From a virus (lineage: Duplodnaviria; Caudoviricetes), in IMG/VR virus record IMGVR_UViG_3300017721_001394, positions 1 to 33,786 of that record: 33,786 bases of DNA. The stretch is one strand, 5' to 3'. Position numbers and translations under genes: made by a program. The notes under the pieces are model-generated. The model did not search any database. It worked only from the letters and a program-made list of their open reading frames with translations, and was not told where the DNA came from. Positions 1 to 8,892 of this stretch are shown one piece after another. The stretch's first letter is position 1. Each line of letters opens with the position of its first letter.

Positions 1-15
1 AAAATTAAAATATTT

Positions 16-27
16 TTCGTATATTAA
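16..27 (+). promoter_or_regulatory. Putative host-sigma (Bacteroidota-type -7 element) early/middle promoter
   Basis: TTCGTATATTA at 16-26 is identical to the 11-mer at 32262-32272 upstream of ssb. TATATTAA resembles the Bacteroidota TAnnTTTG -7 box. The -33 box would lie just outside the window. Confidence 0.5.
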
Positions 28-47
28 AAACAAAAAAAAATAATATT

Positions 48-314
48 AGGGGAATAGAAACAGAACAAACATATCAAAAATCAAGAAAATTAGAAAAAAC
101 AGATGGTACCATTGCTTACACATGGGATGGTAAATTACATAATTGGGATGGACCCGCTTTAATACCTGAAGGTAATGAAAAAAAGGCAGAATATTACCTG
201 TATGGGTTTCAAAAAGATAAAGAGGATTGGAAAGAAATGAGACGTCAAAGAGAAGGTATTCCTTTTTATAAAAATCAATCAATGAAAAATTTATTATCCG
301 ATTATAGAAATTAA
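48..314 (+). CDS. Small phage protein (~88 aa) with GKLHNWDGPALI...EYYLYG motif; canonical start codon missing (AGG where ATG is expected)
   Basis: Not in the ORF track. The frame is open from after TAA 6-8 to TAA 312-314 and reads (R)GIETEQTYQKSRKLEKTDGTIAYTWDGKLHNWDGPALIPEGNEKKAEYYLYGFQKDKEDWKEMRRQREGIPFYKNQSMKNLLSDYRN. It ends 3 nt before the next ATG and follows a promoter-like motif. Confidence 0.7.
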   Translation, partial: RGIETEQTYQKSRKLEKTDGTIAYTWDGKLHNWDGPALIPEGNEKKAEYYLYGFQKDKEDWKEMRRQREGIPFYKNQSMKNLLSDYRN

Positions 315-317
315 GAT

Positions 318-848
318 ATGAAAATAGGTTTATGTGGTACAATGAGTGTAGGTAAAACTACATTAGTAAATGCTTTAAAAGAATTAGAGCAATTTAAAGA
401 TTATAATTTTGCAACAGAACGTAGTCAACATTTAATGTCATTGGGTATTCCATTAAATACTGATTCAACATTAAAGGGTCAAACTATATTTTTAGCTGAA
501 CGTTGTGGTGAATTAATGCATGATAATATTATTACAGATAGAACTATACTTGATGTAATGGCATTTACAATGAATGCTAAGTCAATATTATATCAAGATA
601 AAGAAGCGTTTGAAACATATGCCAGTGAATTTATCCGAGAATATGATTATATATTTTACATATCCCCTTATGGGTTAGAAATTGAAGATAATGGTATTCG
701 TGAGACAGATGAACATTATAGAGATTTAATTGATTTTACTATTACAACTCTTATTAAAAGGCATGGCCATAAAGCAGGTAAAATAGAAAAGATATCTGGA
801 TCTACAGAGGAACGTATTCAACAAATATTAAATGTTACTAACCTTTAA
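318..848 (+). CDS. P-loop NTPase, AAA_28/NadR-type nucleotide kinase-like
   Basis: N-terminal Walker A GTMSVGKTT, IITDRT motif, YDYIFYI strand and EDNGIR lid; 176 aa, typical of the NMP/NadR kinase fold. Confidence 0.75.
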   Translation: MKIGLCGTMSVGKTTLVNALKELEQFKDYNFATERSQHLMSLGIPLNTDSTLKGQTIFLAERCGELMHDNIITDRTILDVMAFTMNAKSILYQDKEAFETYASEFIREYDYIFYISPYGLEIEDNGIRETDEHYRDLIDFTITTLIKRHGHKAGKIEKISGSTEERIQQILNVTNL

Positions 849-849
849 C

Positions 850-859
850 ATATTTATAA
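850..859 (+). promoter_or_regulatory. Late-promoter-like motif ATATTTATAA
   Basis: Intergenic copy of a 10-mer repeated upstream of many structural genes. Confidence 0.7.
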
Positions 860-874
860 TAAAATATTTTTGTA

Positions 875-1630
875 ATGAAAAAGACTGAATTAAAAAAATA
901 CGTTAAAGAAAATATAATATCAACTTTATTAGAAGATAAAGAGACTCAACAGAATACAAAAGATACAGAAGAGTTAACTAAGGCAATGGATGATCTAGCT
1001 AAAGCTAAAAAAGAAGCGGGTATAGAAGAAGATGCAACACCTAAAGGTGAAGACTTCTTTTATGATTATTTAGACATTGGTATGTCTTATTTAGACGGAT
1101 TCGGTAAAAAACATTCTTTAGACGATAGTCAGTTAGAAAAATTAGGTAAAAAAATAGTAGACCAATTGTATAAAGGTGATGTTGGTAAAGCATATGATGC
1201 TATTGTTAAAAGAGGTGCAATGAATGAAGATAAAGGTGGTAATTTTGCTGAATTAAAAAAACACCAAAAAATGCTTAGTGATGCTGCTGATTTTTATAGA
1301 AAAAAAGCTAAGGAATTAGGTATAGAGGATAAAATAGGAGCATTTAATAAAGGAATTAATGATTTAGAAACTGCTATTTTCGATGAAGATAATAAAAGAT
1401 CAGGTGGTAAAATAGACGAAAATGAAGATAAAGAACCATCTAAAGCGGATCTTAAAAAAACAAAAGGTTTAGCCAAAGCAAAAGAAGAATTAGCTTTATT
1501 AACTCGTGAAATGAAGTCATTAGCTAAGAAATATTCTAAAGCCGAAGGTGAAGAAAAAGAAAAATTAGTAGCTGATCTTAAGAAAAAAACAAAACTTAAG
1601 AAAGAATTAGAAGCTATTATAGATAAATAA
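875..1630 (+). CDS. Hypothetical charged protein, possible head-internal protein
   Basis: 251 aa, K/E/D-rich with a coiled-coil C-terminus, preceded by the late motif; several hydrophobic-X-E sites (YVKE, LLE, AMNE, IDE). Confidence 0.6.
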   Translation: MKKTELKKYVKENIISTLLEDKETQQNTKDTEELTKAMDDLAKAKKEAGIEEDATPKGEDFFYDYLDIGMSYLDGFGKKHSLDDSQLEKLGKKIVDQLYKGDVGKAYDAIVKRGAMNEDKGGNFAELKKHQKMLSDAADFYRKKAKELGIEDKIGAFNKGINDLETAIFDEDNKRSGGKIDENEDKEPSKADLKKTKGLAKAKEELALLTREMKSLAKKYSKAEGEEKEKLVADLKKKTKLKKELEAIIDK

Positions 1631-1631
1631 A

Positions 1632-2024
1632 ATGGAATTTAAAAAAACATGGTTAGGAAAAAATCTTAATCTGCTGGTTGTAGTAGGAGCTTGTATATTA
1701 GTTTTAGCTTTTTTTCAAAAGAGAGAAAATTATGTAGATGAGTATAATGCTAAAATAAAAGCATTAGAACAAAAAGTCGATTCGTTACACAGTGAAAATG
1801 ACGAGTTGACTTTTAAAATCGACACACTAAACCAACAAATTGGTAAACTAGACCAGGAACTTGGTCTTAAAGATAATAAAATAAACAATTTAAGGTATGA
1901 AATTAGTACTAAAGTGGACGCTGTTGATAATTTTAATGATGATGAGCTTGAACGGTTTTTCACAGAACGTTACAGACAGTACTTCGATTCAATTAAAAAA
2001 GCCAATAGCAAAACTAGTAATTAA
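1632..2024 (+). CDS. Membrane-anchored coiled-coil protein, i-spanin (Rz)-like
   Basis: N-terminal hydrophobic helix LLVVVGACILVLAFF followed by a long heptad coiled coil; overlaps the next secreted protein gene in another frame. Confidence 0.6.
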   Translation: MEFKKTWLGKNLNLLVVVGACILVLAFFQKRENYVDEYNAKIKALEQKVDSLHSENDELTFKIDTLNQQIGKLDQELGLKDNKINNLRYEISTKVDAVDNFNDDELERFFTERYRQYFDSIKKANSKTSN

Positions 2025-2310
2025 AGATTTAATTACGGGTGATGGTGCTAAAGAAGAATTAAATTTAGTTACAGAAAAAATAAAACTTTTTGAACAAAAA
2101 ATAGTTTTAAAAGATAGTATTATTTTTAATTTAAATAATAAAATATATAATTTTAATTCTATCCTTCTTACCAAAACAGACCAATTAGTTTTATCCCAAG
2201 AGCTATCAAAAAAATTACAATTTGATTTAAAAAAACAAAAATTTAAAAATAAATTAACTGCAGGAGCAGGTATAGTAGCAGTGGGAATTACTATATTCTT
2301 ATTAAAGTAA
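1897..2310 (+). CDS. Secreted coiled-coil protein with C-terminal hydrophobic anchor, spanin-partner-like
   Basis: Signal peptide MKLVLKWTLLIILMMMSLNGFS|Q, coiled coil, C-terminal LTAGAGIVAVGITIFLLK; 128-nt overlap with the upstream gene; stop abuts the terminase start. Confidence 0.6.
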   Translation: MKLVLKWTLLIILMMMSLNGFSQNVTDSTSIQLKKPIAKLVIKDLITGDGAKEELNLVTEKIKLFEQKIVLKDSIIFNLNNKIYNFNSILLTKTDQLVLSQELSKKLQFDLKKQKFKNKLTAGAGIVAVGITIFLLK

Positions 2311-2311
2311 T

Positions 2312-3880
2312 ATGTCTGATTTAAAAAAAGTAATACGCCAGGAGTATTTAAAATGTGCTAAAAATCCAGTACATTTTATGCGTAAATACTGTTATATACA
2401 ACACCCCCAACGTGGTCGTATACAGTTTAATTTATACCCTTTTCAAGAAAAAGTATTAACGTTATTCCAAGAAAATGATTATAGTGCTATATTAAAATCT
2501 AGGCAACTAGGTATATCAACATTAGCAGCAGGTTATTCTTTATGGTTAATGACTTTCCATAAGGATCGAAATGTATTAGCATTAGCAACTACACAAGCAA
2601 CAGCAAGAAATTTAGTAACAAAAGTACAATTCATGTGGGAAAATTTACCTTCATGGCTTAAAGTTGATTCTGCTGAAAATAATAAATTATCCCTAAGATT
2701 AGTTAATGGTTCAAAAATACAAGCTAAATCCTCTAATGCTGATGCAGCACGTTCAGAAGCAGTATCTTTATTAATTATTGATGAGGCAGCTTTTATTGAT
2801 AATATTGCTGAGACATGGGCTTCTGCACAACAAACATTAGCAACAGGTGGTGGAGCTATAGTATTATCTACACCTTATGGTACAGGTAATTGGTTTCATC
2901 AAACTTGGGTTAAAGCTGAAGCTGGTGAAAATGATTTTCTCCCTATCAAATTGCCTTGGTATGTACACCCAGAAAGAGATCAAACCTGGAGGGAGGCACA
3001 AGATGTTTTATTAGGTGACCCTAGATTAGCAGCACAAGAATGTGATTGTGATTTTAGCACTTCAGGTGATATAGTATTTTATAATGAGTATTTAGAATTT
3101 TATGAAAAGTCTCATATTAAAGAACCTATGGAAAGAAGAGGTGCAGACCAAAACTTATGGGTATGGGAATCTCCAGATTATAGTAGGGACTATATGGTAG
3201 TAGCAGATGTTGCCCGTGGAGATGGAAAAGATTTTTCTACTTGTCATGTTATGGATGTAGAGAATAATGTACAAGTAGCTGAATATAAAGGGCAATTAGG
3301 TACTAAAGAATTTGGCCATTTACTAGTAGGTTTAGCTACTGAATATAATGAGGCAATGCTTATTATAGAAAATGCAAACATTGGTTGGGCTACAATACAA
3401 GTAGCTGTTGATAGAGCATATCCAAATCTTTACTATTCACAAAAGAGTGACTCCTCCAATGCTAATTCGTATTTTGATAGATATCAAGACCACTCCAAAA
3501 TGGTAGCTGGTTTTACTATGTCATCTAGAACGCGACCTATGGTAATAGGTAAATTTCAAGAATACATAGCAGATAAAGGAGTAACTATACAATCAAAAAG
3601 ATTAGTAGAAGAAATGAAAGTGTTTATTTGGAAAAATGGTAGAGCAGAAGCGCAAACAGGATATAATGATGATCTGGTTATGGCTTTTGGCATAGCTATG
3701 TACATTAGAGATACAGCACTAAAATTAAGACAACGAGGTTTAGATATAACTAGAAAAACATTAAATAATATAAAAGTAAATAGAACAACATATCAAGGAG
3801 GATATTTTGCTAGTGGCAATGATAATCCTTACCATATAGATACAGATGGAGGGAAAGAAGACATAAGTTGGCTTCTATAA
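2312..3880 (+). CDS. terL: Terminase large subunit (T4 gp17-like)
   Basis: LYPFQ adenine-binding motif, Walker A KSRQLGIST, Walker B LLIIDEAA, coupling motif LSTPYG, nuclease motifs ADVARGDGKDFS and GYNDDLVMA. Confidence 0.95.
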   Translation: MSDLKKVIRQEYLKCAKNPVHFMRKYCYIQHPQRGRIQFNLYPFQEKVLTLFQENDYSAILKSRQLGISTLAAGYSLWLMTFHKDRNVLALATTQATARNLVTKVQFMWENLPSWLKVDSAENNKLSLRLVNGSKIQAKSSNADAARSEAVSLLIIDEAAFIDNIAETWASAQQTLATGGGAIVLSTPYGTGNWFHQTWVKAEAGENDFLPIKLPWYVHPERDQTWREAQDVLLGDPRLAAQECDCDFSTSGDIVFYNEYLEFYEKSHIKEPMERRGADQNLWVWESPDYSRDYMVVADVARGDGKDFSTCHVMDVENNVQVAEYKGQLGTKEFGHLLVGLATEYNEAMLIIENANIGWATIQVAVDRAYPNLYYSQKSDSSNANSYFDRYQDHSKMVAGFTMSSRTRPMVIGKFQEYIADKGVTIQSKRLVEEMKVFIWKNGRAEAQTGYNDDLVMAFGIAMYIRDTALKLRQRGLDITRKTLNNIKVNRTTYQGGYFASGNDNPYHIDTDGGKEDISWLL

Positions 3881-3883
3881 TTA

Positions 3884-3893
3884 ATATTTATAA
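3884..3893 (+). promoter_or_regulatory. Late-promoter-like motif ATATTTATAA
   Basis: Exact intergenic copy upstream of the portal gene. Confidence 0.7.
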
Positions 3894-3908
3894 CAATAAC
3901 TATACACA

Positions 3909-5816
3909 ATGGCAGATACAGGCTTATTTAGTAGACTAAGAAGATTATTTTCAACAGATGTAATTATCCGTAATACGGGTGGTAACCAAATAAAAGTAAT
4001 TGATAGTAGTACTATACAACAAAATGGAGGTTTACAAACAAATTCTTTAGTAGATAGATATAATAGAATATTTACTACCAGTCCTTCTTCATTATATGGG
4101 GCACAATTTCAATTTAATTATCAATATTTAAGACCACAATTATATTCAGAATATGATGTAATGGATACTGATGCTATTATAGCTTCAGCTTTAGATATTA
4201 TAGCTGATGAATCAACTCTTAAAAATGATATGGGCGAAGTATTATCTATTCGTTCTTCAAATGAAGATATTCAAAAAATACTTTATAATTTATTTTATGA
4301 TGTACTAAATATAGAATTTAATTTATGGTCTTGGGTTAGACAAATGTCTAAATATGGTGACTTCTTTTTAAAACTGGAAATATCAGAAAAATTTGGTGTT
4401 TACAATGTAATACCTTATACTGCATATCATATTGAAAGACAAGAAAATTTTAACCAAACAAACCCAGCTGAAATACGTTATAGATATTCTCCAGATGGTT
4501 TAGTTAATTCTAATTCTGGAATGTATAATGTACCTGGAGCTGGTGCAGATAATTCTCCAGGAATATACTTTGATAACTATGAAATGGCTCACTTTAGATT
4601 AATTGGTGATGTTAATTATTTACCTTATGGTCGTTCTTATATAGAACCAGCTAGGAAATTATTTAAACAATATACATTAATGGAAGATGCAATGTTAATC
4701 CATAGAATTGCTCGTGCTCCTGAAAAACGTATTTTTTATATGAATGTTGGTGGTATACCTCCAAATGAAATAGATGCATTTATGCAAAAAACTATTTCAA
4801 ATATGAAACGTACCCCATATGTAGATCAAAAAACAGGTGAGTATAATTTAAAATATAATATGCAAAACATGATGGAGGATTTTTATATCCCAATTCGTGG
4901 AAATGATCAAACAACAAAAATTGAAACTACAAAAGGTTTAGACTATGATGGAATTCAGGATGTTGAATATTTAAGAGATAAATTATTTGCAGCACTTAAA
5001 ATACCTAAAGCATTTTTAGGGTATGATGAAAATATAGAAGGTAAAGCTACACTAGCGGCTGAAGATATTAGATTTGCACGTACAATTGAAAGAATACAAA
5101 GAATATTAGTTTCTGAACTTAATAAGATTGCACTTGTCCATTTATATGCTCAAGGTTATAGAGACGAAGCATTGACTAATTTTGAATTATCAATGCAAAC
5201 TCCTTCAATTATTTTTGAACAAGAAAAAATTGAGTTAATGAAGTCTAAAACTGAATTAGCCCAATCTTTATTGGAAAATAATTTATTACCTAGTGATTGG
5301 ATATATGATAATATATTCCATCTATCAGAAGATCAATATGATGAATATAGAGACTTAATACGCCAGGATTCTAAACGTAAATTTAGAAATGCTCAAATTG
5401 TAGCAGAAGGTAATGACCCAGTTGAAACAGGTAAATCATATGGTACACCTCATGATTTAGCTTCATTATATGGTAAGGGCAGAATGTATTCTGACCCAGG
5501 AAATGTACCTGACGGTTATGATATTGACCCAGATACTAAATTAGGTCGCCCTAAAGATGGTATTTCTAACCATGGAAAACAAGCTAGTAACTTTGGTAAA
5601 GATCCATTAGGAACTAAACGTATGAAAGATACTGATAAAAATGATTCAAAAGATAGTAGAACAGATTCTAATAAATCTGGTTTAGCATTAGAAAATGCTC
5701 AAATATCTTATTTAAAAAATGCAGATATGTTTAAAAAGTTAAATAAAAAAATGTTAATTTTTGAACAAGACAAAGATGATACTTCATTATTAGATGAAAA
5801 ACAATTAAAGAAGTAA
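3909..5816 (+). CDS. Portal protein (T4 gp20-like)
   Basis: Motifs LMEDAMLIHRIARAPEKRIFY, MMEDFYIP, DVEYLRDKLFAALKIP and EDIRFAR characteristic of gp20 portals; position after terminase. Confidence 0.92.
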   Translation: MADTGLFSRLRRLFSTDVIIRNTGGNQIKVIDSSTIQQNGGLQTNSLVDRYNRIFTTSPSSLYGAQFQFNYQYLRPQLYSEYDVMDTDAIIASALDIIADESTLKNDMGEVLSIRSSNEDIQKILYNLFYDVLNIEFNLWSWVRQMSKYGDFFLKLEISEKFGVYNVIPYTAYHIERQENFNQTNPAEIRYRYSPDGLVNSNSGMYNVPGAGADNSPGIYFDNYEMAHFRLIGDVNYLPYGRSYIEPARKLFKQYTLMEDAMLIHRIARAPEKRIFYMNVGGIPPNEIDAFMQKTISNMKRTPYVDQKTGEYNLKYNMQNMMEDFYIPIRGNDQTTKIETTKGLDYDGIQDVEYLRDKLFAALKIPKAFLGYDENIEGKATLAAEDIRFARTIERIQRILVSELNKIALVHLYAQGYRDEALTNFELSMQTPSIIFEQEKIELMKSKTELAQSLLENNLLPSDWIYDNIFHLSEDQYDEYRDLIRQDSKRKFRNAQIVAEGNDPVETGKSYGTPHDLASLYGKGRMYSDPGNVPDGYDIDPDTKLGRPKDGISNHGKQASNFGKDPLGTKRMKDTDKNDSKDSRTDSNKSGLALENAQISYLKNADMFKKLNKKMLIFEQDKDDTSLLDEKQLKK

Positions 5817-5826
5817 ATATTTTTCA

Positions 5827-5839
5827 ATATTTATAAATA
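5827..5839 (+). promoter_or_regulatory. Late-promoter-like motif, palindromic copy TATTTATAAATA
   Basis: ATATTTATAA at 5827-5836; 5828-5839 is a perfect 12-bp palindrome. Confidence 0.65.
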
Positions 5840-5852
5840 AATATATTTTTTG

Positions 5853-6719
5853 ATGAAAATAAAACACTCTAAGTACAAAAATACGGGAATATTATTTGAA
5901 CTGTTAGTACGCCAAATTACGGCAGATACCTTAAAAGGTGGTGATTCACCTGCTATAAACATACTAAAAGAATTTTTTGTAAAAACTACATTAGGTCGTG
6001 AGTACAAATTATATGAAACAATCTTAAAATCTAAAGTTTTAAATGAAGGAAGAGCAAATATGGTAATTACTACTATTTTAGAATCTTCTCAAAAATTTAA
6101 TCGTACTTCACTAAGAAAACAAAAATATAATTTAATTAATGAAATTAAAAAATATTATAATTTAGATGTATTTTTTGGTGCTAAAATTAAAAATTATAAA
6201 GAATTAGCTTCTTTGTATACCTTAATTGAGGGATGCAATATTGAAAATGTTAGTGATGCTAATCAATTAATTGAAAATAAAGTAACCTTATTAGAACATT
6301 TAACTAAACAAGAAGTTAATAAACAAGAAGTTAAAGACGATATTTTAAAAGAATTTCAAACTTATGGTAAAGATGTAAGAATTCTTACATATAAAGTACT
6401 TTTAGAAAAATTTAATAATAAATACGATGTCTTATCTTCTGAACAAAAACAAATACTTAAGGAATTCATTAACTCAGTAGACTCTACACCAGGTCTAAGA
6501 AATTTTTATAATTCTAAAATAAACGAATTAAAAAGTATTCTAGTTAAAGAATCTAAAAAAATTAAAGATAAAGCTATACAAATTAAAATTAATGAAATAT
6601 CTAAATACTTAGTTGAATTGGATAAATCTTCTAAAATTACTAATGATAATCTAGTAGATTTATTACAATATTATGAATTAGTTAAAGAAATTAAAGTGTC
6701 TAATGGCGTACAAATATAA
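5853..6719 (+). CDS. Hypothetical head-module protein
   Basis: ~288 aa ORF (ATG 5853; TTG 5850 alternative) between portal and protease, helical and charged, preceded by the late motif. Confidence 0.7.
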   Translation: MKIKHSKYKNTGILFELLVRQITADTLKGGDSPAINILKEFFVKTTLGREYKLYETILKSKVLNEGRANMVITTILESSQKFNRTSLRKQKYNLINEIKKYYNLDVFFGAKIKNYKELASLYTLIEGCNIENVSDANQLIENKVTLLEHLTKQEVNKQEVKDDILKEFQTYGKDVRILTYKVLLEKFNNKYDVLSSEQKQILKEFINSVDSTPGLRNFYNSKINELKSILVKESKKIKDKAIQIKINEISKYLVELDKSSKITNDNLVDLLQYYELVKEIKVSNGVQI

Positions 6720-7314
6720 ACTTAAGGAATTCGAAGTAGGTGATGTAAAAGTCGATAACGGTATTAAATCTACTGTTACTGATATTGATGATGTGACAGG
6801 AGCTATAACTTGGGATATTTTACAAATACCTAATATAGATAAATTACTTGATGGAGCTGATGATTTAGTTCAAACAGCTAAAGGAGTTTATACTAAAGTT
6901 AAAAATGATAAAGTATTTTTAGAAATATATGAACAAGCTAGAAAACTTAGAAATGTTATACGTACACACACAAGAAATAACTATCCTGAAGAATATAAAA
7001 AATCTAGGGGAGTTAATGAAGCAGATATAGATGAAATGTCTACTTCTGGTGGGGCTGGAGCTTATTTAACACCATATGCATTTAGAAAAAAAGGAGCTAA
7101 AGCCAATGATGAAGCATATACTGAATTAGGATATACTTTAGCTAAAGAAGGTAAATTAGGTGATGGGGCAGATTTAGGCCCAGGACCTAGGGCAACAGAA
7201 GATGGAGTTAAAGATAATGCCTACGTAAAACAGTTTAAATATAAGTTAGTACCCAAAGATAAAAAAGGAAATTATGTTCAAAAGGGTAGTGGTTTGGAAG
7301 TAAAAAATGTTTAA
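6703..7314 (+). CDS. Hypothetical protein, possible prohead core/internal protein
   Basis: 203 aa, overlaps the upstream stop; N-terminus MAYKYKLKE; internal IDE|MSTSGGAGAYLTPYAF segment. Confidence 0.7.
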   Translation: MAYKYKLKEFEVGDVKVDNGIKSTVTDIDDVTGAITWDILQIPNIDKLLDGADDLVQTAKGVYTKVKNDKVFLEIYEQARKLRNVIRTHTRNNYPEEYKKSRGVNEADIDEMSTSGGAGAYLTPYAFRKKGAKANDEAYTELGYTLAKEGKLGDGADLGPGPRATEDGVKDNAYVKQFKYKLVPKDKKGNYVQKGSGLEVKNV

Positions 7315-7549
7315 TATGTATAAGCATACATTAATAGAACAAAAAAATAAAGCATCTAAATTCCATGAGGAACGTATAGAAGCTTTTGATAAATTAGAAG
7401 CTAGGTTTGAAGATATTAAAAAATCTATTAAACTAGCTAAAATAGAAACAATAAAATATTATAGGGATAATCCTAAAAGTTTTTCTGTCGTTATTGGTAC
7501 AGACATGATTAACGATTATTTTAACGATATAGAAACATTATTACAATAA
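7307..7549 (+). CDS. Small hypothetical protein (true start possibly ATG 7316, MYKHTLIE)
   Basis: Fills the gap between neighbours; the N-terminus from 7316 resembles that of the upstream protein. Confidence 0.65.
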   Translation: MFNMYKHTLIEQKNKASKFHEERIEAFDKLEARFEDIKKSIKLAKIETIKYYRDNPKSFSVVIGTDMINDYFNDIETLLQ

Positions 7550-7556
7550 TACAATT

Positions 7557-8891
7557 ATGAAAAAAGCAGAAAAATTATTTAAAGATTTACTAAATGAAAA
7601 TTTAGGATATGTAGATCTTAAACCTATTACTACAATTGAATCATCTCCCAAAACAAATTATGAAATTAAGTATGCTGAATATTTAGCTGAAGAAACTAAA
7701 AAAGCTAAAGAAGATGAAGATGTTAAAGTAGAAGAAAAAAAAGTATCTAAACACGTTGAAGAAGTAGATTCACATGCTTTTGATTATGCTGATTTAAATA
7801 ATATAGATAACTTAAATGCTGAAGAATTTTCTAAGGGAGTTTATTTTGAAATGAACAAAGTTAGAGAAACTGTATCAGATGCTAATATTGGAGAAGCTAT
7901 AGCAAAGGCAAGAAAAGTAGTAGCTAAAAATTTAGCTAAAGATCCTTTATTTTATATTAAAAATGCTGCTTTTGGAGTTGAAGGTTTAGGATACCAAGAA
8001 ACAGAATTAGAAGAAGTTAGTGGTAAACACGCTGCTAGTGGATATTCAGATAAATTAAAAAAAGTAGTAAAAGAATCTTTAATGGGAGAATCAAGTATAG
8101 ATGCTGCTGAATTAGCGATACAAGCTTCACAAGCAAAAGCAGGTATGGATGAGGAAGCAAGACCTGATTACCCAGATGTAGATAAGGATGGTGATAGAGA
8201 AGAGTCAATGGAAAAAGCTCTTAAAGATAAAAAAGCTAAAAAAGTGAAAAAAGAATCAATTGATAGTAAATTAGCTGAAATTGGAAAAGAAGCAGAAGCT
8301 GTAAAATTAGAAGCGCAACTAGACTATTTACATGAATATATCCAGGAAAAAGTAGATAGAGTTAGTTCAATTAATGAAGATGATAATCTTAAAGAATTAG
8401 TTGATAAGACTAAAATGAAGCAAATGCAAAAAGAAATCAAGCTTTTAGAAAAAAGAAAAGCTAAGATGGAAAAAATCTACGAAAAATCTTGCGGTAAAAA
8501 ATATGCTAAAAAAGAAATGGTAGACGAAATGGATGCTATTAATGAAGTAGAATCTATTAATGAAATTGGTGCAAATGATATGGTTGTAAGCTATAGAGAT
8601 GAGGAAAAAATTCCTATCAAGTTTACAGGTTTTGAAGCTTTTGATGGAAGAGATGGTGGACAGGATACAACAGACAATCAAGGTAGATTTGTTGTAAGAA
8701 TGAAAGCTGAAAGAGTTGATGGTCAAAAATTAGCAGGCAAAGATAAATTCTCAGTTCAGGTAGTGACTGACCCAGGTGTTTCTAAAATAACACCAGATGG
8801 TACTATTCCCTTTCCTGATCATGATAGATACTCTTCACCAGAAGTTGTAGATTATGGAAATACTATTAAATATATAAAAGATAATATTTAA
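7557..8891 (+). CDS. Acidic hypothetical protein, possible head-internal/core protein with a DxDxDG Ca-binding-like loop
   Basis: 444 aa, E/K-rich, DVDKDGDREE loop, tandem INE sites before a compositionally distinct C-terminal domain; directly upstream of the protease. Confidence 0.7.
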   Translation: MKKAEKLFKDLLNENLGYVDLKPITTIESSPKTNYEIKYAEYLAEETKKAKEDEDVKVEEKKVSKHVEEVDSHAFDYADLNNIDNLNAEEFSKGVYFEMNKVRETVSDANIGEAIAKARKVVAKNLAKDPLFYIKNAAFGVEGLGYQETELEEVSGKHAASGYSDKLKKVVKESLMGESSIDAAELAIQASQAKAGMDEEARPDYPDVDKDGDREESMEKALKDKKAKKVKKESIDSKLAEIGKEAEAVKLEAQLDYLHEYIQEKVDRVSSINEDDNLKELVDKTKMKQMQKEIKLLEKRKAKMEKIYEKSCGKKYAKKEMVDEMDAINEVESINEIGANDMVVSYRDEEKIPIKFTGFEAFDGRDGGQDTTDNQGRFVVRMKAERVDGQKLAGKDKFSVQVVTDPGVSKITPDGTIPFPDHDRYSSPEVVDYGNTIKYIKDNI

Positions 8892-8892
8892 A

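Noticed and set aside
46-342. Minus-strand 98-aa ORF
   Set aside because: F/L/Y-rich shadow of the more protein-like + strand frame at 48-314; it opposes the uniform gene orientation.
7314-7323. ATATGTATAA copies at 7314 and 31802 as promoters
   Set aside because: Both coincide with possible ATG-TAT-AAx (Met-Tyr-Lys/Asn) gene starts, so they may be coding coincidences; not listed as features.
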